DNA of 64,000 nucleotides from Acidimicrobiia bacterium (GCA_965215185.1 OZ244034.1:2592001-2656000); one strand, 5' to 3'. Counted from the first letter of the stretch, positions 10,367 to 20,918 are shown. Notes: generated by a model not told the origin, from the sequence alone. A program made the numbers and translations.

Positions 10367-10475
10367 TCGCGACCTTTCTCTGTCAATCAACACAAGGACG
10401 GCCTCTTATTCAGTCGCCGTTAATCGGAAAATACCCTAACTGTGAATTGGGCTGTGAGGCCGGGTAAAGGGCCAG

Positions 10476-11771
10476 TCATTTTGGCCGGGAGAGCCCCCAG
10501 GCATAGGCAGCCAAAGACTGGTTTACGGGATCGTCGGGATGGAATGCTCCTGGTTCCAGATCTTTGACCGTCACCCGCTGTCCTCGTCGGAAGACCTCCT
10601 CAACTTGGCCCACGTGATGTATCTCGGAGAGAGGATCATCCTTAACGATCACCAGATCTGCCACCTTTCCCTCTTCCAGGGTCCCAGTTAGATGGTCCAC
10701 GCCCAACCGTTTGGCGGCCTCTTGGGTGGCGGAGGTAAGCGCTTGGACGGGTGTCAGGCCCGATGCTGTCAGCATGGCCAACTCGTCGTGGAGGCTGAAC
10801 CCAGGGATCAGATACGGCCATGGTGCGTCGGTCCCGCTGATGATCGACACTCCGGCTCGATATAGCAACGGGATCATCTGTCTCATCTCTTCCACTGCCG
10901 CCACCCGACCTCGAGACCCTTCCGGATCGTGGCGGTGCGGGAAAGCGTCCCACGCCGCCCTGATCTCGGCGGGAACCCACCGGAGTCTCGGGTCGGGGCG
11001 GGTAACGAAATGGCTGAGGCGGGCCAGCCGATCCCAAACCACAAGAGTGGGGCACAAGGCCGTGTCGGCCTCGATCAGCGCTGGCGCTAATTCCTTCAGG
11101 TTGACGAGGCGGGCGCCGTCGAAGGGATTGATTATCCCGCTCAAATGCTGGATTTCCGCCACTCCCGCCCGGGCGGCTTCCAGAGCGTTTACTTCTCCCA
11201 GATGAGCCACAACTGGGACCTGGTGGCGGCGGCCGGCCTTTACTGCCGCCTCTACCTGTTCCAGATCAAGATGCACATAGAGCTTGATCTCGTCCACTCC
11301 GGCCGCGGCAAGCGCAGCCACTTTTGCAGCCACGCCCGCCGGGTCCGGGTGGGGTTCTCCGAGCAGCGGCCAGTTGACCGTGTTGCCGTCAAGAACCGGG
11401 CCGCAGCAGCGAATGCGGGGACTGGGCCGCGGATCGGCGGCCAGTCGGCGGCGCAGCCCAAGTATCCAGTCGAGATTGTTGCCGATGTCGCGGACGGTGG
11501 TCACTCCTGCCGCCAGGAGGGCAGGGATCATCCATGAGGCCAGGTGAACATGGCCGTCGATCAAACCCGGGAGGAGGGTGCAGCCAGGAAAACGCAACCG
11601 GTCCATAGCGCCTGGGAGGGTCCTGGCGTCCACGACGCTCTGGATTCGGTCTCCTGTGATTACCAGCGCCTTGCCGGGCTGCGCTTCGGCGTCCGGTGGG
11701 TTCCACAGCCGGTCGGGAACGAGCGCCAGCCGCGGCTGGCGCTCGTCTTGGGAAAAAGATTGGTGTTCCAT
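10476..11771 (-). CDS. Metal-dependent amidohydrolase
   Basis: LPGLIDGHVH, GVTTVRD, VVAH, SGTDA, GKVADLV. Confidence 0.88.
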   Translation of the reverse strand: MEHQSFSQDERQPRLALVPDRLWNPPDAEAQPGKALVITGDRIQSVVDARTLPGAMDRLRFPGCTLLPGLIDGHVHLASWMIPALLAAGVTTVRDIGNNLDWILGLRRRLAADPRPSPRIRCCGPVLDGNTVNWPLLGEPHPDPAGVAAKVAALAAAGVDEIKLYVHLDLEQVEAAVKAGRRHQVPVVAHLGEVNALEAARAGVAEIQHLSGIINPFDGARLVNLKELAPALIEADTALCPTLVVWDRLARLSHFVTRPDPRLRWVPAEIRAAWDAFPHRHDPEGSRGRVAAVEEMRQMIPLLYRAGVSIISGTDAPWPYLIPGFSLHDELAMLTASGLTPVQALTSATQEAAKRLGVDHLTGTLEEGKVADLVIVKDDPLSEIHHVGQVEEVFRRGQRVTVKDLEPGAFHPDDPVNQSLAAYAWGLSRPK

Positions 11772-11856
11772 ATAGAGGCGTACCGGTCGATGCCGAGGTT
11801 TACCCTACCGCTTTGTGAGTCCTGTCGTCCCGAGTCACGCTAGCCTTTTTGGATCA

Positions 11857-12636
11857 ATGAGTGACCACCAGCTTTCGATCGGCGCCGGGCTCGCCGACCG
11901 GGGGGTGATCATCACCGGCGCCGCCAGTGGCATTGGAAGGGCGACCGCTCGGCTGGCTGCGGCTTGCGGGGCGCGAGTGTGCGGGGTGGATCTGAACGGT
12001 CCGGCGTTGCGGGAGGAAGTGAAAGAATGGGATAATCCTGATCGTCATCTGGCCTTAGAGATCGATCTGGCCGGTGCCGACGCTCCCCAAAAAGTGGTCG
12101 ATCAGGCCATCGCGGAGTTCGCTGATCTGTGGGGGTTGGTCCATTGTGCAGGAGTTTTGATACGCCGATGGAGCACGGCCGAGATAACCGTGGAGGATTG
12201 GGACATTCAGCACGGAATAAATCTGAAGGCGTCTTTCTTTTTGAATCAGGCGGTGGGAGAGGCGATCAAAGCCCGCGGCGGGGGCGGACGCATGGTCAAT
12301 CTCAGCTCCCAGGGGTGGTGGACGGGTGGAAGCCACGGGTCGGTGGTTTATGCGGCCTCTAAAGGAGGGATTGTCTCGATGTCGCGCGGGCTTTCCACCG
12401 CTTACGCTCCTCATGGGATCTTGGTGAACTCTATTGCTCCGGGGTTGGTCGACACGCCCATGTTGGGTGTGGGGCTCACTTCATCTGATCTGCAGGCCAT
12501 GGCCGAATCTTGTCCGGTTGGTCGGCTGGCGAGACCCGAAGAGATTGCCCAGGTAGCGGTATTTCTGCTTTCCACTCATGCCAGTTACATCTCGGCAGCC
12601 ACCATAAATGTGAGCGGGGGACTGCTCTTCTACTGA
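11857..12636 (+). CDS. Short-chain dehydrogenase/reductase
   Basis: TGAASGIG, YAASK, VNSIAPG. Confidence 0.9.
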   Translation: MSDHQLSIGAGLADRGVIITGAASGIGRATARLAAACGARVCGVDLNGPALREEVKEWDNPDRHLALEIDLAGADAPQKVVDQAIAEFADLWGLVHCAGVLIRRWSTAEITVEDWDIQHGINLKASFFLNQAVGEAIKARGGGGRMVNLSSQGWWTGGSHGSVVYAASKGGIVSMSRGLSTAYAPHGILVNSIAPGLVDTPMLGVGLTSSDLQAMAESCPVGRLARPEEIAQVAVFLLSTHASYISAATINVSGGLLFY

Positions 12637-12765
12637 TCCACCCAGACGGGCCTGAAAAATTAGATCGGCAGTGGAGTTACCGCTGGTTGTTTCCTTATAT
12701 AGTCGTAACAGTCGAATGACCATCCTGACCAAAGGAGCGACCTCATTACTTCTGACCACACAAAC

Positions 12766-14205
12766 TTGCGAGGGGGGGTAGGTCGGACCGACATAACTCC
12801 TCCGGTCCCAGCCGACCTGGTTGGATACGTGCGCCGGTGGCGTCCCGCCTTGGAGGTGCGGGCGCCGCTCACCGCCACCGCCCTGGTGCTCGATTCCGGC
12901 GCCGAAAGGGTGGCGATATTGGGGATCGACCTGGCAATTCTCAGTCCCGACTACGCCACCATGATCCGAGGACTAATAGCCGAAGCCATCTCCACCCGAC
13001 CCGAATCGGTGCTGCTCAATGTGAGCCACACCCACGCCGGTCCGCATACTCCCGCACGGGTGAAGCTGGGGGGTCGGTTGGACGAGATCAACCCTTCCGA
13101 GCAGGCCTACTTTGAGATTCTCCCGCACCAACTGGTTTCCGCTGCTCGGCTGGCCGCCGAGAACCTGATTCCGGTGCGGGTGGGTTCGGCCAGCACGGAG
13201 GTGAAGGGACTGTCTGTGAACCGCCGGGAGCGGGTGCAGAGAGTGGAGGGGACGGTCGGTTCACTCAACACCATCCTGGGATGGAATCCGGACGGCCCGA
13301 TCGACCGGGATGCGGGAGTGATTCGGGTCGACCGTGAAGACGGTTCGCCTCTGGCGGTGGTGGTCAGCTTCGGATGCCACCCGGTGGTGGTGGGCCCCGA
13401 GGACCCCGCCATCAACCCCGATTTTCCCTGGCCGCTGCGGGAGGCGGTGGAAAAAGCGACCGGGGCCACCTGTTTGTTCTTGCAGGGTGCGGGGGGAAAC
13501 ATCCTTCCCCTGCAGGCTTTCCTTCCCGAGACCGGTCCGGAGCGGGCGTTCGGGGAGAAGTTGGCGGCCGAGGCGTTGCAAGCCTTGGGGAACATCGAGA
13601 CCTTCGAGACCCGCATCGAACGCACCTCCTATGGCTCGGTAACGCCCATCTCCCTATACCGGGTGGTTCGTTCCGAGACGCAGCCTCCTCAGGAACTGGC
13701 GGTGGCGACAACCGTGGTGGACCTACCCCTCAAGCGGGTCCCTACCATCGCCGAGGTTCAGGCCGAGCGGGACCACTACCAAAAGTACCTGGAGGAAGCC
13801 CGCCGGGCCGGGGCCGGTCCCGAGGAGCTCAATCCCATCCAGTACCACATCAGTTGGGCGGATGCGGCTCTCCCCCAGTTGGAAGAAGCGCCCTACGACC
13901 GGGTCCCGGCTTTCATTCAGGCGATCAGAATCGGCGACACGGCGATCGTGACCATTCCCGGTGAGGCCTTTGCCGAGATTGCCCTGGCTATCAGGGAGCG
14001 ATCTCCTGCCGGTCGGGCCAATACCATCTTCTCGGGTTATTCCAACGGGGTTATCTCTTATCTGCCCAGTGCCGCTGAGTACCCTCATGGTGGGTATGAA
14101 GTGGACTACGCCCACCATAGTTATGGTTTGATAGAGCAGGTTGCCCCCGAGTCGGAGGCGATCCTGGTGGAAGCAGGTGTTGCGATGCTCAAGGAGTTGT
14201 GGTAA
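12766..14205 (+). CDS. Neutral/alkaline ceramidase-like metallohydrolase
   Basis: DITP, SHTHAGP, NRR, CHP, FLQGAGG, PGEAF, GGYEV motifs. Confidence 0.75.
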   Translation: MRGGVGRTDITPPVPADLVGYVRRWRPALEVRAPLTATALVLDSGAERVAILGIDLAILSPDYATMIRGLIAEAISTRPESVLLNVSHTHAGPHTPARVKLGGRLDEINPSEQAYFEILPHQLVSAARLAAENLIPVRVGSASTEVKGLSVNRRERVQRVEGTVGSLNTILGWNPDGPIDRDAGVIRVDREDGSPLAVVVSFGCHPVVVGPEDPAINPDFPWPLREAVEKATGATCLFLQGAGGNILPLQAFLPETGPERAFGEKLAAEALQALGNIETFETRIERTSYGSVTPISLYRVVRSETQPPQELAVATTVVDLPLKRVPTIAEVQAERDHYQKYLEEARRAGAGPEELNPIQYHISWADAALPQLEEAPYDRVPAFIQAIRIGDTAIVTIPGEAFAEIALAIRERSPAGRANTIFSGYSNGVISYLPSAAEYPHGGYEVDYAHHSYGLIEQVAPESEAILVEAGVAMLKELW

Positions 14206-15228
14206 ATGGCCCGCATGCGGATGAACCAGGCGGTGGCGGCAGCCATCGCCGACGAGATGCGGGAAGATGCCGATGTGGTGATGTTCGGTGAGGATATTGC
14301 CGCCGCCGGCGGACCGTTCAAGACTTCGGACGGGCTGTTGGAGGAATTCGGGCCTTCCCGGGTAAGAGATACCCCTATCTCGGAGATGGGCTTTCTGGGA
14401 ATGGCGGTGGGAGCGGCCGCCACCGGCCTCCGGCCCGTGGCCGAAATCATGTTCATAGAGTTTCTGGGGGTGGCGCTGGATCAGTTGGTGACCGAAGCTG
14501 CCAAGTTCCATTACCTGTCCAAGGGCGCGTTCAACTGCCCGATGACCGTTCGGGCTTCGATCGGCGCCGGATTGGGTTTTGGCTGCCAGCATTCCCAGAC
14601 CATGGAGAACTGGATGAGCCACGCTCCCGGGTTGAAGATGGTGATGGTTTCTGGTCCCCAATCCGCCTACGGACTGTTGCGCTCCGCGATCCGCGACCCC
14701 AATCCGGTGGTGGTGCTGGAGCCTCGGGCGCTCTACGGTGGCCGCGGGCCGGTAACTACCGGAGACGAGGGGATCATTCCCCTGGGTAGAGCCCGCCAGG
14801 TGCGGGAAGGCTCCGATGTCACAATCGTCACTGCCGGGGCGATGTTGAGGGTGGCCTTGGCTGCCGCCCAGGCCTCCGACTATTGGTCGGCCGAGGTGAT
14901 CGACCTCCAAACCCTCATCCCCTGGGATCGGGAAGGCATAATGTCGGCGGTGCGGCGGACCGGCCGGCTGGTGATAGTGGAGGAAAGCCCTTACACCTCC
15001 GGTTGGGGGACCGAGATTTCCGCCTATGTAAGTTCCCGGCTGTTCGGGGAATTGAAGGCTCCGGTGTTGCGGGTCACCTGTCCCGATGTTCCCGTGCCCT
15101 TCGGACGGGACCTGGAGCAGCGCTATATGCCCAACAGTGAATACGTAACCGACCAGACCGATCAACTGTTGGCCACCGGCCGGGCGCCCGAGCCATGGTG
15201 GGTGGGAGAAGGGAGGACGGCCCGATGA
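14206..15228 (+). CDS. 2-oxoacid/acetoin dehydrogenase E1 beta subunit
   Basis: GEDI, DTPISE, PVAEIMF, QHSQ, DPNPVV. Confidence 0.92.
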   Translation: MARMRMNQAVAAAIADEMREDADVVMFGEDIAAAGGPFKTSDGLLEEFGPSRVRDTPISEMGFLGMAVGAAATGLRPVAEIMFIEFLGVALDQLVTEAAKFHYLSKGAFNCPMTVRASIGAGLGFGCQHSQTMENWMSHAPGLKMVMVSGPQSAYGLLRSAIRDPNPVVVLEPRALYGGRGPVTTGDEGIIPLGRARQVREGSDVTIVTAGAMLRVALAAAQASDYWSAEVIDLQTLIPWDREGIMSAVRRTGRLVIVEESPYTSGWGTEISAYVSSRLFGELKAPVLRVTCPDVPVPFGRDLEQRYMPNSEYVTDQTDQLLATGRAPEPWWVGEGRTAR

Positions 15229-16217
15229 GCGACGGAACGAAGATGGAACGCCGCCAAGCCCTCGCCACCGACCGGGTGGCTCGCTATGAGCGGATGGTGG
15301 AGATCCGCTCATTCGAGGATCGGGTACAGGGGTTGTTTGCCGAGGGTGGGGTGCATGGCACCACCCACACCGCCCAGGGACAGGAGGCGGTGGCGGTGGG
15401 CCTCGCCGCTGCTGCCCGGACCACCGACCTGGTCACCTGCACCTACCGAGGGCACGGCATAGGACTGGCGCTCGGCATGACCCCCGAGGTGATAATGGGG
15501 GAAATCATGGGTCGACAGATGGGCTGTATCGGAGGCATCGCCGGTTCCATGCATCTCGTCGACCGGGAACTGGGTCTGTTTCCAACGTTCGCCATCATCG
15601 GCGCCGGGATTCCGGTGGCGGCCGGAGCGGCACTAACCGCGCAGGTGAAGGGAACCGACGATGTTGCTATCGGCGTGTTCGGCGACGGCGCCTCCAACAT
15701 CGGGGCCTTCCATGAAGGCCTCAATCTGGCGGCCATCTGGAAGCTTCCGGTGGTGTTCATCTGCGAGAACAACCAGTACGGGGAGTACAGCCGGATCAAC
15801 TTGACCACTCCCATCGAGGATCTGGCCGACCGGGCCGTCTCCTATGGCATTCCGGGGATAATTGTCGACGGACAGGATCCCGATCAGACCGTCAAGGCAA
15901 TAGGAGACGCTTTGGAGAGGGCGCGGTCCGGTGGGGGCCCCACCCTTCTGGAGATGAAGACCTACCGCTACGCCGGGCACTCGCGGGCAGACAAGGCAGA
16001 GTACCGACCCGAGGGGGAGTTCGAAAGGTGGTACCAGCGGGACCCCATCAACACCTTCCGGGCAAAGCTCGAAGCCGAGGGGCTGTTAGCCGAGGGCCAA
16101 GCCGCGCAGATAGACCAACGGGTTGCCGCCCGCATCGAAGCGGCGGTTGAAACGGCCAAGGCGAGTCCCCCGGCGAGTGTGGACGCCATGTTCCAAAACA
16201 TCTACGCACCGGCATAG
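15225..16217 (+). CDS. ThDP-dependent dehydrogenase E1 alpha subunit
   Basis: GQEAV, TYRGH, GSMH, ThDP motif GDGA...ENN, TYRYAGHS. Confidence 0.92.
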   Translation: MSDGTKMERRQALATDRVARYERMVEIRSFEDRVQGLFAEGGVHGTTHTAQGQEAVAVGLAAAARTTDLVTCTYRGHGIGLALGMTPEVIMGEIMGRQMGCIGGIAGSMHLVDRELGLFPTFAIIGAGIPVAAGAALTAQVKGTDDVAIGVFGDGASNIGAFHEGLNLAAIWKLPVVFICENNQYGEYSRINLTTPIEDLADRAVSYGIPGIIVDGQDPDQTVKAIGDALERARSGGGPTLLEMKTYRYAGHSRADKAEYRPEGEFERWYQRDPINTFRAKLEAEGLLAEGQAAQIDQRVAARIEAAVETAKASPPASVDAMFQNIYAPA

Positions 16218-16234
16218 AAAGGAAGACACAGCCA

Positions 16235-16486
16235 ATGCGGTATGAGGTGAAGATGCCCCGACTGGGCGAGACCGTGGATGAAGTAGTTCTCCTGGAATGG
16301 ATGGTGGAGGTGGGGGACGAAGTGGATAAGGACACCGAACTGGCTCTGGTGGAAACCGACAAGGTGGAGACCGAAGTGCCCTCCCCCGTGGCGGGCACCG
16401 TGACGGAGATAATGGTAGGAGAAGACGCCGAAGTTGTAACCGGCGAGGCGATCTGCGCAATTGAGACATCGCGTATGGCTGGCTAG
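16235..16486 (+). CDS. Stand-alone lipoyl-domain protein
   Basis: 83 aa; MPRLGE...VETDKV (lipoyl lysine)...SPVAG; no E2 catalytic domain follows. Confidence 0.88.
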   Translation: MRYEVKMPRLGETVDEVVLLEWMVEVGDEVDKDTELALVETDKVETEVPSPVAGTVTEIMVGEDAEVVTGEAICAIETSRMAG

Positions 16487-16531
16487 GGCGACTTCGCACC
16501 GAATGGGTGAGAGGACTAACGCCTAAAAGCT

Positions 16532-16867
16532 ATGCGGTCAATTGGATGTCTAGGCTTCCTCGCTGCTTTTTTCTTTTTTATGCTCATGTTGGGTGCGTTG
16601 TTTGCAGCCTACAGAGCATTACCAGCACTCATTGTGGCGTGCATCGTTTACTGGATGGCTTTTGGAATCGGAGCAGTTTTCGATTTCGGTCGCGGTGGCA
16701 GAAGGCTCACGGCTTCGGTGCTCTCTCTTGGCGCCTTTGTATTGGTTCCGTCTTCCCTTTATCTCTCGGTTCAAGGCTTCGAATTAGATAGACCTGCACA
16801 ATTGATGGTGGGACTTGTAGCGATGCTGGTACTGATCTTGGGTTTCTGGTGGTGGTCGGAGGCGTAG
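16532..16867 (+). CDS. Small hypothetical membrane protein
   Basis: 111 aa with about four hydrophobic segments; visibly more T-rich than the flanks. Confidence 0.5.
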   Translation: MRSIGCLGFLAAFFFFMLMLGALFAAYRALPALIVACIVYWMAFGIGAVFDFGRGGRRLTASVLSLGAFVLVPSSLYLSVQGFELDRPAQLMVGLVAMLVLILGFWWWSEA

Positions 16868-17163
16868 GGGAGGCCAGCTTCTGCGAGTGACAGTTAAAGG
16901 CGCGGGACGGAGGACAGCAGAGAAGCACCTTCCGGTGTTAGCGTTTCCGTCCCGATGTGGAAGCCAGGGCTGTTTGTCGGGGGTGTCCTGTGAAGTGGGG
17001 GCGGTCACCGAGCGGTTCGGCGCACCGGTTGCGACAGAAGGCCATAAACGTTGGCCTTTGGCGTGAATTAAAACACGCTTGGCTGCCATAGCCACCGTCC
17101 TCTCCTCTTAGCATGGATGGTGTCCATTGTCAAATTCTGACAGTATTTTAGAAGGAGGTAAGA

Positions 17164-18483
17164 ATGAAACAAGGTTTAGACAGCTATTTCAATATCTCAG
17201 AGCGGGGCTCCTCGGTAGGCACCGAGGTCCGCGCGGGTGTCACCACTTTCCTGGTGATGGCATACATTTTGTTCGTAAACGCCGGGATTCTGAGCGCCGC
17301 GGGGCTTGATGCCACTGCCGTGGCAGCCGGTACGGCGCTGGTAGCCGCCATCATGACGATCGCTATGGGTGTTTTCTCCAACTACCCGATCGCCATGGCC
17401 GCCGGCCTGGGACTCAATGCCATCGTTGCCTTTGGTCTGACGGCCGACGGCCTTTCGATCCAAGGAGCAATGGGAGTCATTGTCTGGGAAGGCATCTTGG
17501 TAACCATCCTCGTCCTCTTGGGTCTGCGGGAAGCTGTGATGGCAGCGATACCGACCAGTCTCAAGTACTCGATCGGGGTAGGCATAGGCCTCTTCATCCT
17601 GTTCATCGGGTTGGAAACTGGTGGGTTGGTTCAGCAGGGCGGCGCGATCGTCGAGTTCGTGTTTCCCACTACCGCTGCCCACGGCGTGACCTTGATAGGC
17701 GTGCTTATCGGGATTGTTCTCTTGGCGCGCAAGGTCAAGGGGGCGATGATCATCACCATCGTGGCCACCACCATCGTGGCTCTGATAGCAGGAGTGGCCA
17801 GTGTGCCGGATACCATCTCGGCATCCGTGAGCTTCGAGACCTTCGGGGACTTCGACCTGGGCAACTCGTTTGCGGAGCTCGGTGTCCTGGCGGCGATCTT
17901 GACGATCTTCACCCTTATGCTCACCGACTTCTTCGACACGATGGGCACAGCCACCGCCATTGTCGAGCAAGCGGGGTTGAGCGATGACGAAGGTCGGATT
18001 CCTCGCCTCAAGAGCCTGCTGTTGGTCGACTCGCTGGGCGCAGCGATCGGTGGAGTGTTCGGGGTCAGCTCGAACACCAGCTACATCGAGAGTTCGGCAG
18101 GGGTGGCAGAAGGAGGAAAGACCGGACTCACGTCCGTGGTCACGGGGATACTGTTCCTGCTCGCCATTGTCCTGTCGCCTCTGGCTGGGATCGTCCCGGC
18201 GGAGGCGACTGCGCCGGTGCTGATCCTGATCGGTTTTCTCATGGTCGGGCTGCTCAAGCACATCGACTTTACGGACCTGGAGGAAGGATTACCGGCTTTG
18301 CTGGCGATCATCCTCATGCCGCTGGCATTCTCAATCACAGTGGGGATAGCGGCTGGTTTCGTGTCACACACGTTGATCAAGGTGGTGAAGGGCAAGTCGG
18401 GTGAGATTCACCTCTTGATGTGGATAGTCTCGATTGCCTGTGTGATCTACTTCGCCAGCGAGTGGATCGAGATGTTCCTGTAA
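17164..18483 (+). CDS. NCS2/AzgA-type purine permease
   Basis: EVRAGVTTFLVMAYI, DFFDTMGT, YIESSAGV..GG.TG; AAGGAGG RBS. Confidence 0.92.
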   Translation: MKQGLDSYFNISERGSSVGTEVRAGVTTFLVMAYILFVNAGILSAAGLDATAVAAGTALVAAIMTIAMGVFSNYPIAMAAGLGLNAIVAFGLTADGLSIQGAMGVIVWEGILVTILVLLGLREAVMAAIPTSLKYSIGVGIGLFILFIGLETGGLVQQGGAIVEFVFPTTAAHGVTLIGVLIGIVLLARKVKGAMIITIVATTIVALIAGVASVPDTISASVSFETFGDFDLGNSFAELGVLAAILTIFTLMLTDFFDTMGTATAIVEQAGLSDDEGRIPRLKSLLLVDSLGAAIGGVFGVSSNTSYIESSAGVAEGGKTGLTSVVTGILFLLAIVLSPLAGIVPAEATAPVLILIGFLMVGLLKHIDFTDLEEGLPALLAIILMPLAFSITVGIAAGFVSHTLIKVVKGKSGEIHLLMWIVSIACVIYFASEWIEMFL

Positions 18484-18509
18484 ACCCAGGCGCATATTTT
18501 CATGTCTGC

Positions 18510-18543
18510 GAGAGAGCGCCTTTTGGCGCTCTCTCCCTTTTTA
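18510..18543 (+). terminator. Intrinsic terminator
   Basis: gagagagcgcc-tttt-ggcgctctctc stem followed by ccttttt. Confidence 0.75.
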
Positions 18544-18616
18544 GGGACCACATAGCCACTACGGTCTTACGACTAACGTTTTACTAACGTGAAGCCCGCC
18601 GAGAGGGAGCCGAGGC

Positions 18617-19615
18617 ATGGAGAGTTTCGTTCGGGGCCTGCCGAAGACCGAGTTGCACATTCACATCGAGGGGACGCTGGAACCGGAGATGATGTTCGAG
18701 ATGGGGGAGGGCAACGATGTGGCGCTGCCGTTCGGGTCCGTTGAGGAAGTCAAAGCGGCGTACGAGTTCAACGATCTCCAGTCCTTCCTTGACATTTATT
18801 ACCAGGCCGCCTCGGTACTGCAAACGGAGGACGACTTCGCTCAGTTGATGACGGCCTATCTGGTGAGGGCGGCGTCCGACGGAGTCCGTCATGCGGAGAT
18901 CTTCTTCGATCCTCAAACACACACCGAGCGAGGGATCGACATCGGGACGGTGATCCGAGGATTGGCGCGGGGGCAGCAAGAGGTGGCCGAGGTTTCCTCG
19001 ACCCTGATCCTGTGTTTCCTCCGTCATCTCTCGGCCGAGTCGGCAATCGAGGTCTTCGAGAAAGCCCGACCGTTCCTTGGACACATCCAGGGGGTAGGGC
19101 TCGATTCGGGCGAGTTGGATAATCCTCCTGAGCTGTTCGCCGAGCCGTACTGTCTGGCTGTTGAGGCAGGTTTGAGACCGGTGGCCCACGCCGGCGAGGA
19201 GGGTCCGGCGGGATACGTCTGGTCGGCTCTCGATGTATTGGGAGTGGAGCGGATCGACCATGGGGTGCGGGCCGGAGAGGACCCGATCTTGTTGGAGCGG
19301 TTGGTCAAAGAGCAGATTCCCCTCACCATCTGTCCTCTGTCGAACCAAAAACTCCAAGTGTTTCCCGACCTCCGCCGCCACAATCTCAAGGAGTTGATGG
19401 ACACCGGAGTTCTGGTAACTGTCAACTCCGACGACCCTGCCTACTTCGGCGGTTACGTCGGGGACAACTACCTCAGGATCGCTTCGGCCCTGGATCTCTC
19501 CCGCGATGATCTGGTACAACTTGCCCGCAATTCGGTCACAGCTTCTTTCCTGCCTGACGATCGAAAAGCGGCTCTCCAGCAGGAGATCACAGAGTACGTC
19601 GCCTCCGTTCTCTAG
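18617..19615 (+). CDS. add: Adenine/adenosine deaminase
   Basis: PKTELHIHIEG, HAGEE, RIDHG, CPLSN, NSDDPAYF. Confidence 0.9.
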   Translation: MESFVRGLPKTELHIHIEGTLEPEMMFEMGEGNDVALPFGSVEEVKAAYEFNDLQSFLDIYYQAASVLQTEDDFAQLMTAYLVRAASDGVRHAEIFFDPQTHTERGIDIGTVIRGLARGQQEVAEVSSTLILCFLRHLSAESAIEVFEKARPFLGHIQGVGLDSGELDNPPELFAEPYCLAVEAGLRPVAHAGEEGPAGYVWSALDVLGVERIDHGVRAGEDPILLERLVKEQIPLTICPLSNQKLQVFPDLRRHNLKELMDTGVLVTVNSDDPAYFGGYVGDNYLRIASALDLSRDDLVQLARNSVTASFLPDDRKAALQQEITEYVASVL

Positions 19616-19826
19616 GGTTGAGCACTGAGCCTCCGGTCAATTCTGGGTTGATCTCGGGCGCCGGACTGATTATCTTCGCCATGTCCGCCACTGGCGCCGA
19701 CATGGGCTGGGAACCGGGTGCCCGCCTCTTCGACCTCTGAGATCCGCCAGCCGAGGGGACGCTTACCAATGTGGGCGTCTTTGTGGCCCTGTGGCCATCG
19801 GTATATGTTGTTGTAGTCTTTTCGAG

Positions 19827-20918
19827 ATGAGTCTTAATGGCGCGCCCCTGAGAGTTGCCGTGATCGGCGCCGGGTGGTGGGCGGTGGAGAACCACCTCCC
19901 GGTATTTGCGTCCCGTCCCGATGTTGAAGTCAGGGCTGTTTGTCGGAAGGGTGTTGCTGAGGTAGAGGCGGTGGCAGAACGGTTCGGCGCGCCTATAGCC
20001 ACCGAGGATCACAACCTTCTGCCTTGGGATGAGTTGGATGCGGTGGTGGTTTCCTCGCCGCACAGCTTTCATCACGAGCATGCCATGGCCGCCTTGGATC
20101 GGGGCTTGCATGTGATGTGTGAAAAGCCCCTCGCCATCACCGCAGCCGATGCCTTCGACATGGTGAGACGGGCCCAGGAACAGGGCGTGGTGCTGCTGGT
20201 TCCGCACGGGTGGCAATTCCTTCCCCAGGCCTCGGCCGCCCGTCAGTGGATCAGAGAGGGCCGGATCGGCCGCTTGGAGCATGTAGTTGCCCAAATGGCT
20301 TCCCCTGCCCGGGGGCTTTTTTCTGGAGAGGAGGACTCTATTCCCGGGGCGGAAAGCCCTCCGGAGCCTTCAACCTGGGTTGGTGAGGACGGCGGCTATG
20401 CCTACGGGCAGTTGAGCCACCTGTACTCCTTGGTGTTCTGGCTGACCGGTCTGATTCCCACCGAAGTGATGGGGGCGGTGACTCCCGGCCCGGCAGGAAG
20501 CGACCTGTTTGACGCCTTCCTTTCCACCACCCGCCAAGGTCCTTTGGTGTCGGTCTCTGGAGGAGCGGGGGTCCCGACGTCGCAACGTCACCACATGGAG
20601 GTAAGGGTGTTCGGAACCGAGGGAGTTGTGATTGTGGACTTGGAGAGGGACCGTATAGAGGTGGTTCGTGAAGACGGTGACGACTACGCCTTCCCCTTGA
20701 TGCGGGGGGCCACCCTCTATCCGGGCACTTTCCCGGTGCACGGTTTCTGCGACCTGGCTCTTGGTTATCCGAATGCAGTCAATCATGGGGACCCAGTCGC
20801 CTCTGCTTTGGGGATCTCGGTGATCGAGGCGGGCCTCCGCTCTGCGCAGACTCGCCGTGCCGAGTCTGTTTCTCGGGTGGTGGCTGAAGCCGAAGCTAGG
20901 GGCGTCAAGCTGGACTAG
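19827..20918 (+). CDS. Gfo/Idh/MocA-family oxidoreductase
   Basis: VIGAGWW Rossmann motif, HVMCEKP. Confidence 0.88.
   Translation: MSLNGAPLRVAVIGAGWWAVENHLPVFASRPDVEVRAVCRKGVAEVEAVAERFGAPIATEDHNLLPWDELDAVVVSSPHSFHHEHAMAALDRGLHVMCEKPLAITAADAFDMVRRAQEQGVVLLVPHGWQFLPQASAARQWIREGRIGRLEHVVAQMASPARGLFSGEEDSIPGAESPPEPSTWVGEDGGYAYGQLSHLYSLVFWLTGLIPTEVMGAVTPGPAGSDLFDAFLSTTRQGPLVSVSGGAGVPTSQRHHMEVRVFGTEGVVIVDLERDRIEVVREDGDDYAFPLMRGATLYPGTFPVHGFCDLALGYPNAVNHGDPVASALGISVIEAGLRSAQTRRAESVSRVVAEAEARGVKLD

Noticed and set aside
13723-15312. Long antisense ORFs (also 17197-18261, 18584-19519, 29774-30766, 36170-37276, 48529-49533)
   Set aside because: Shadow frames of well-supported opposite-strand genes in high-GC DNA, with no motifs
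16870-17163. Purine riboswitch upstream of the NCS2 permease
   Set aside because: Conserved aptamer core not found by eye
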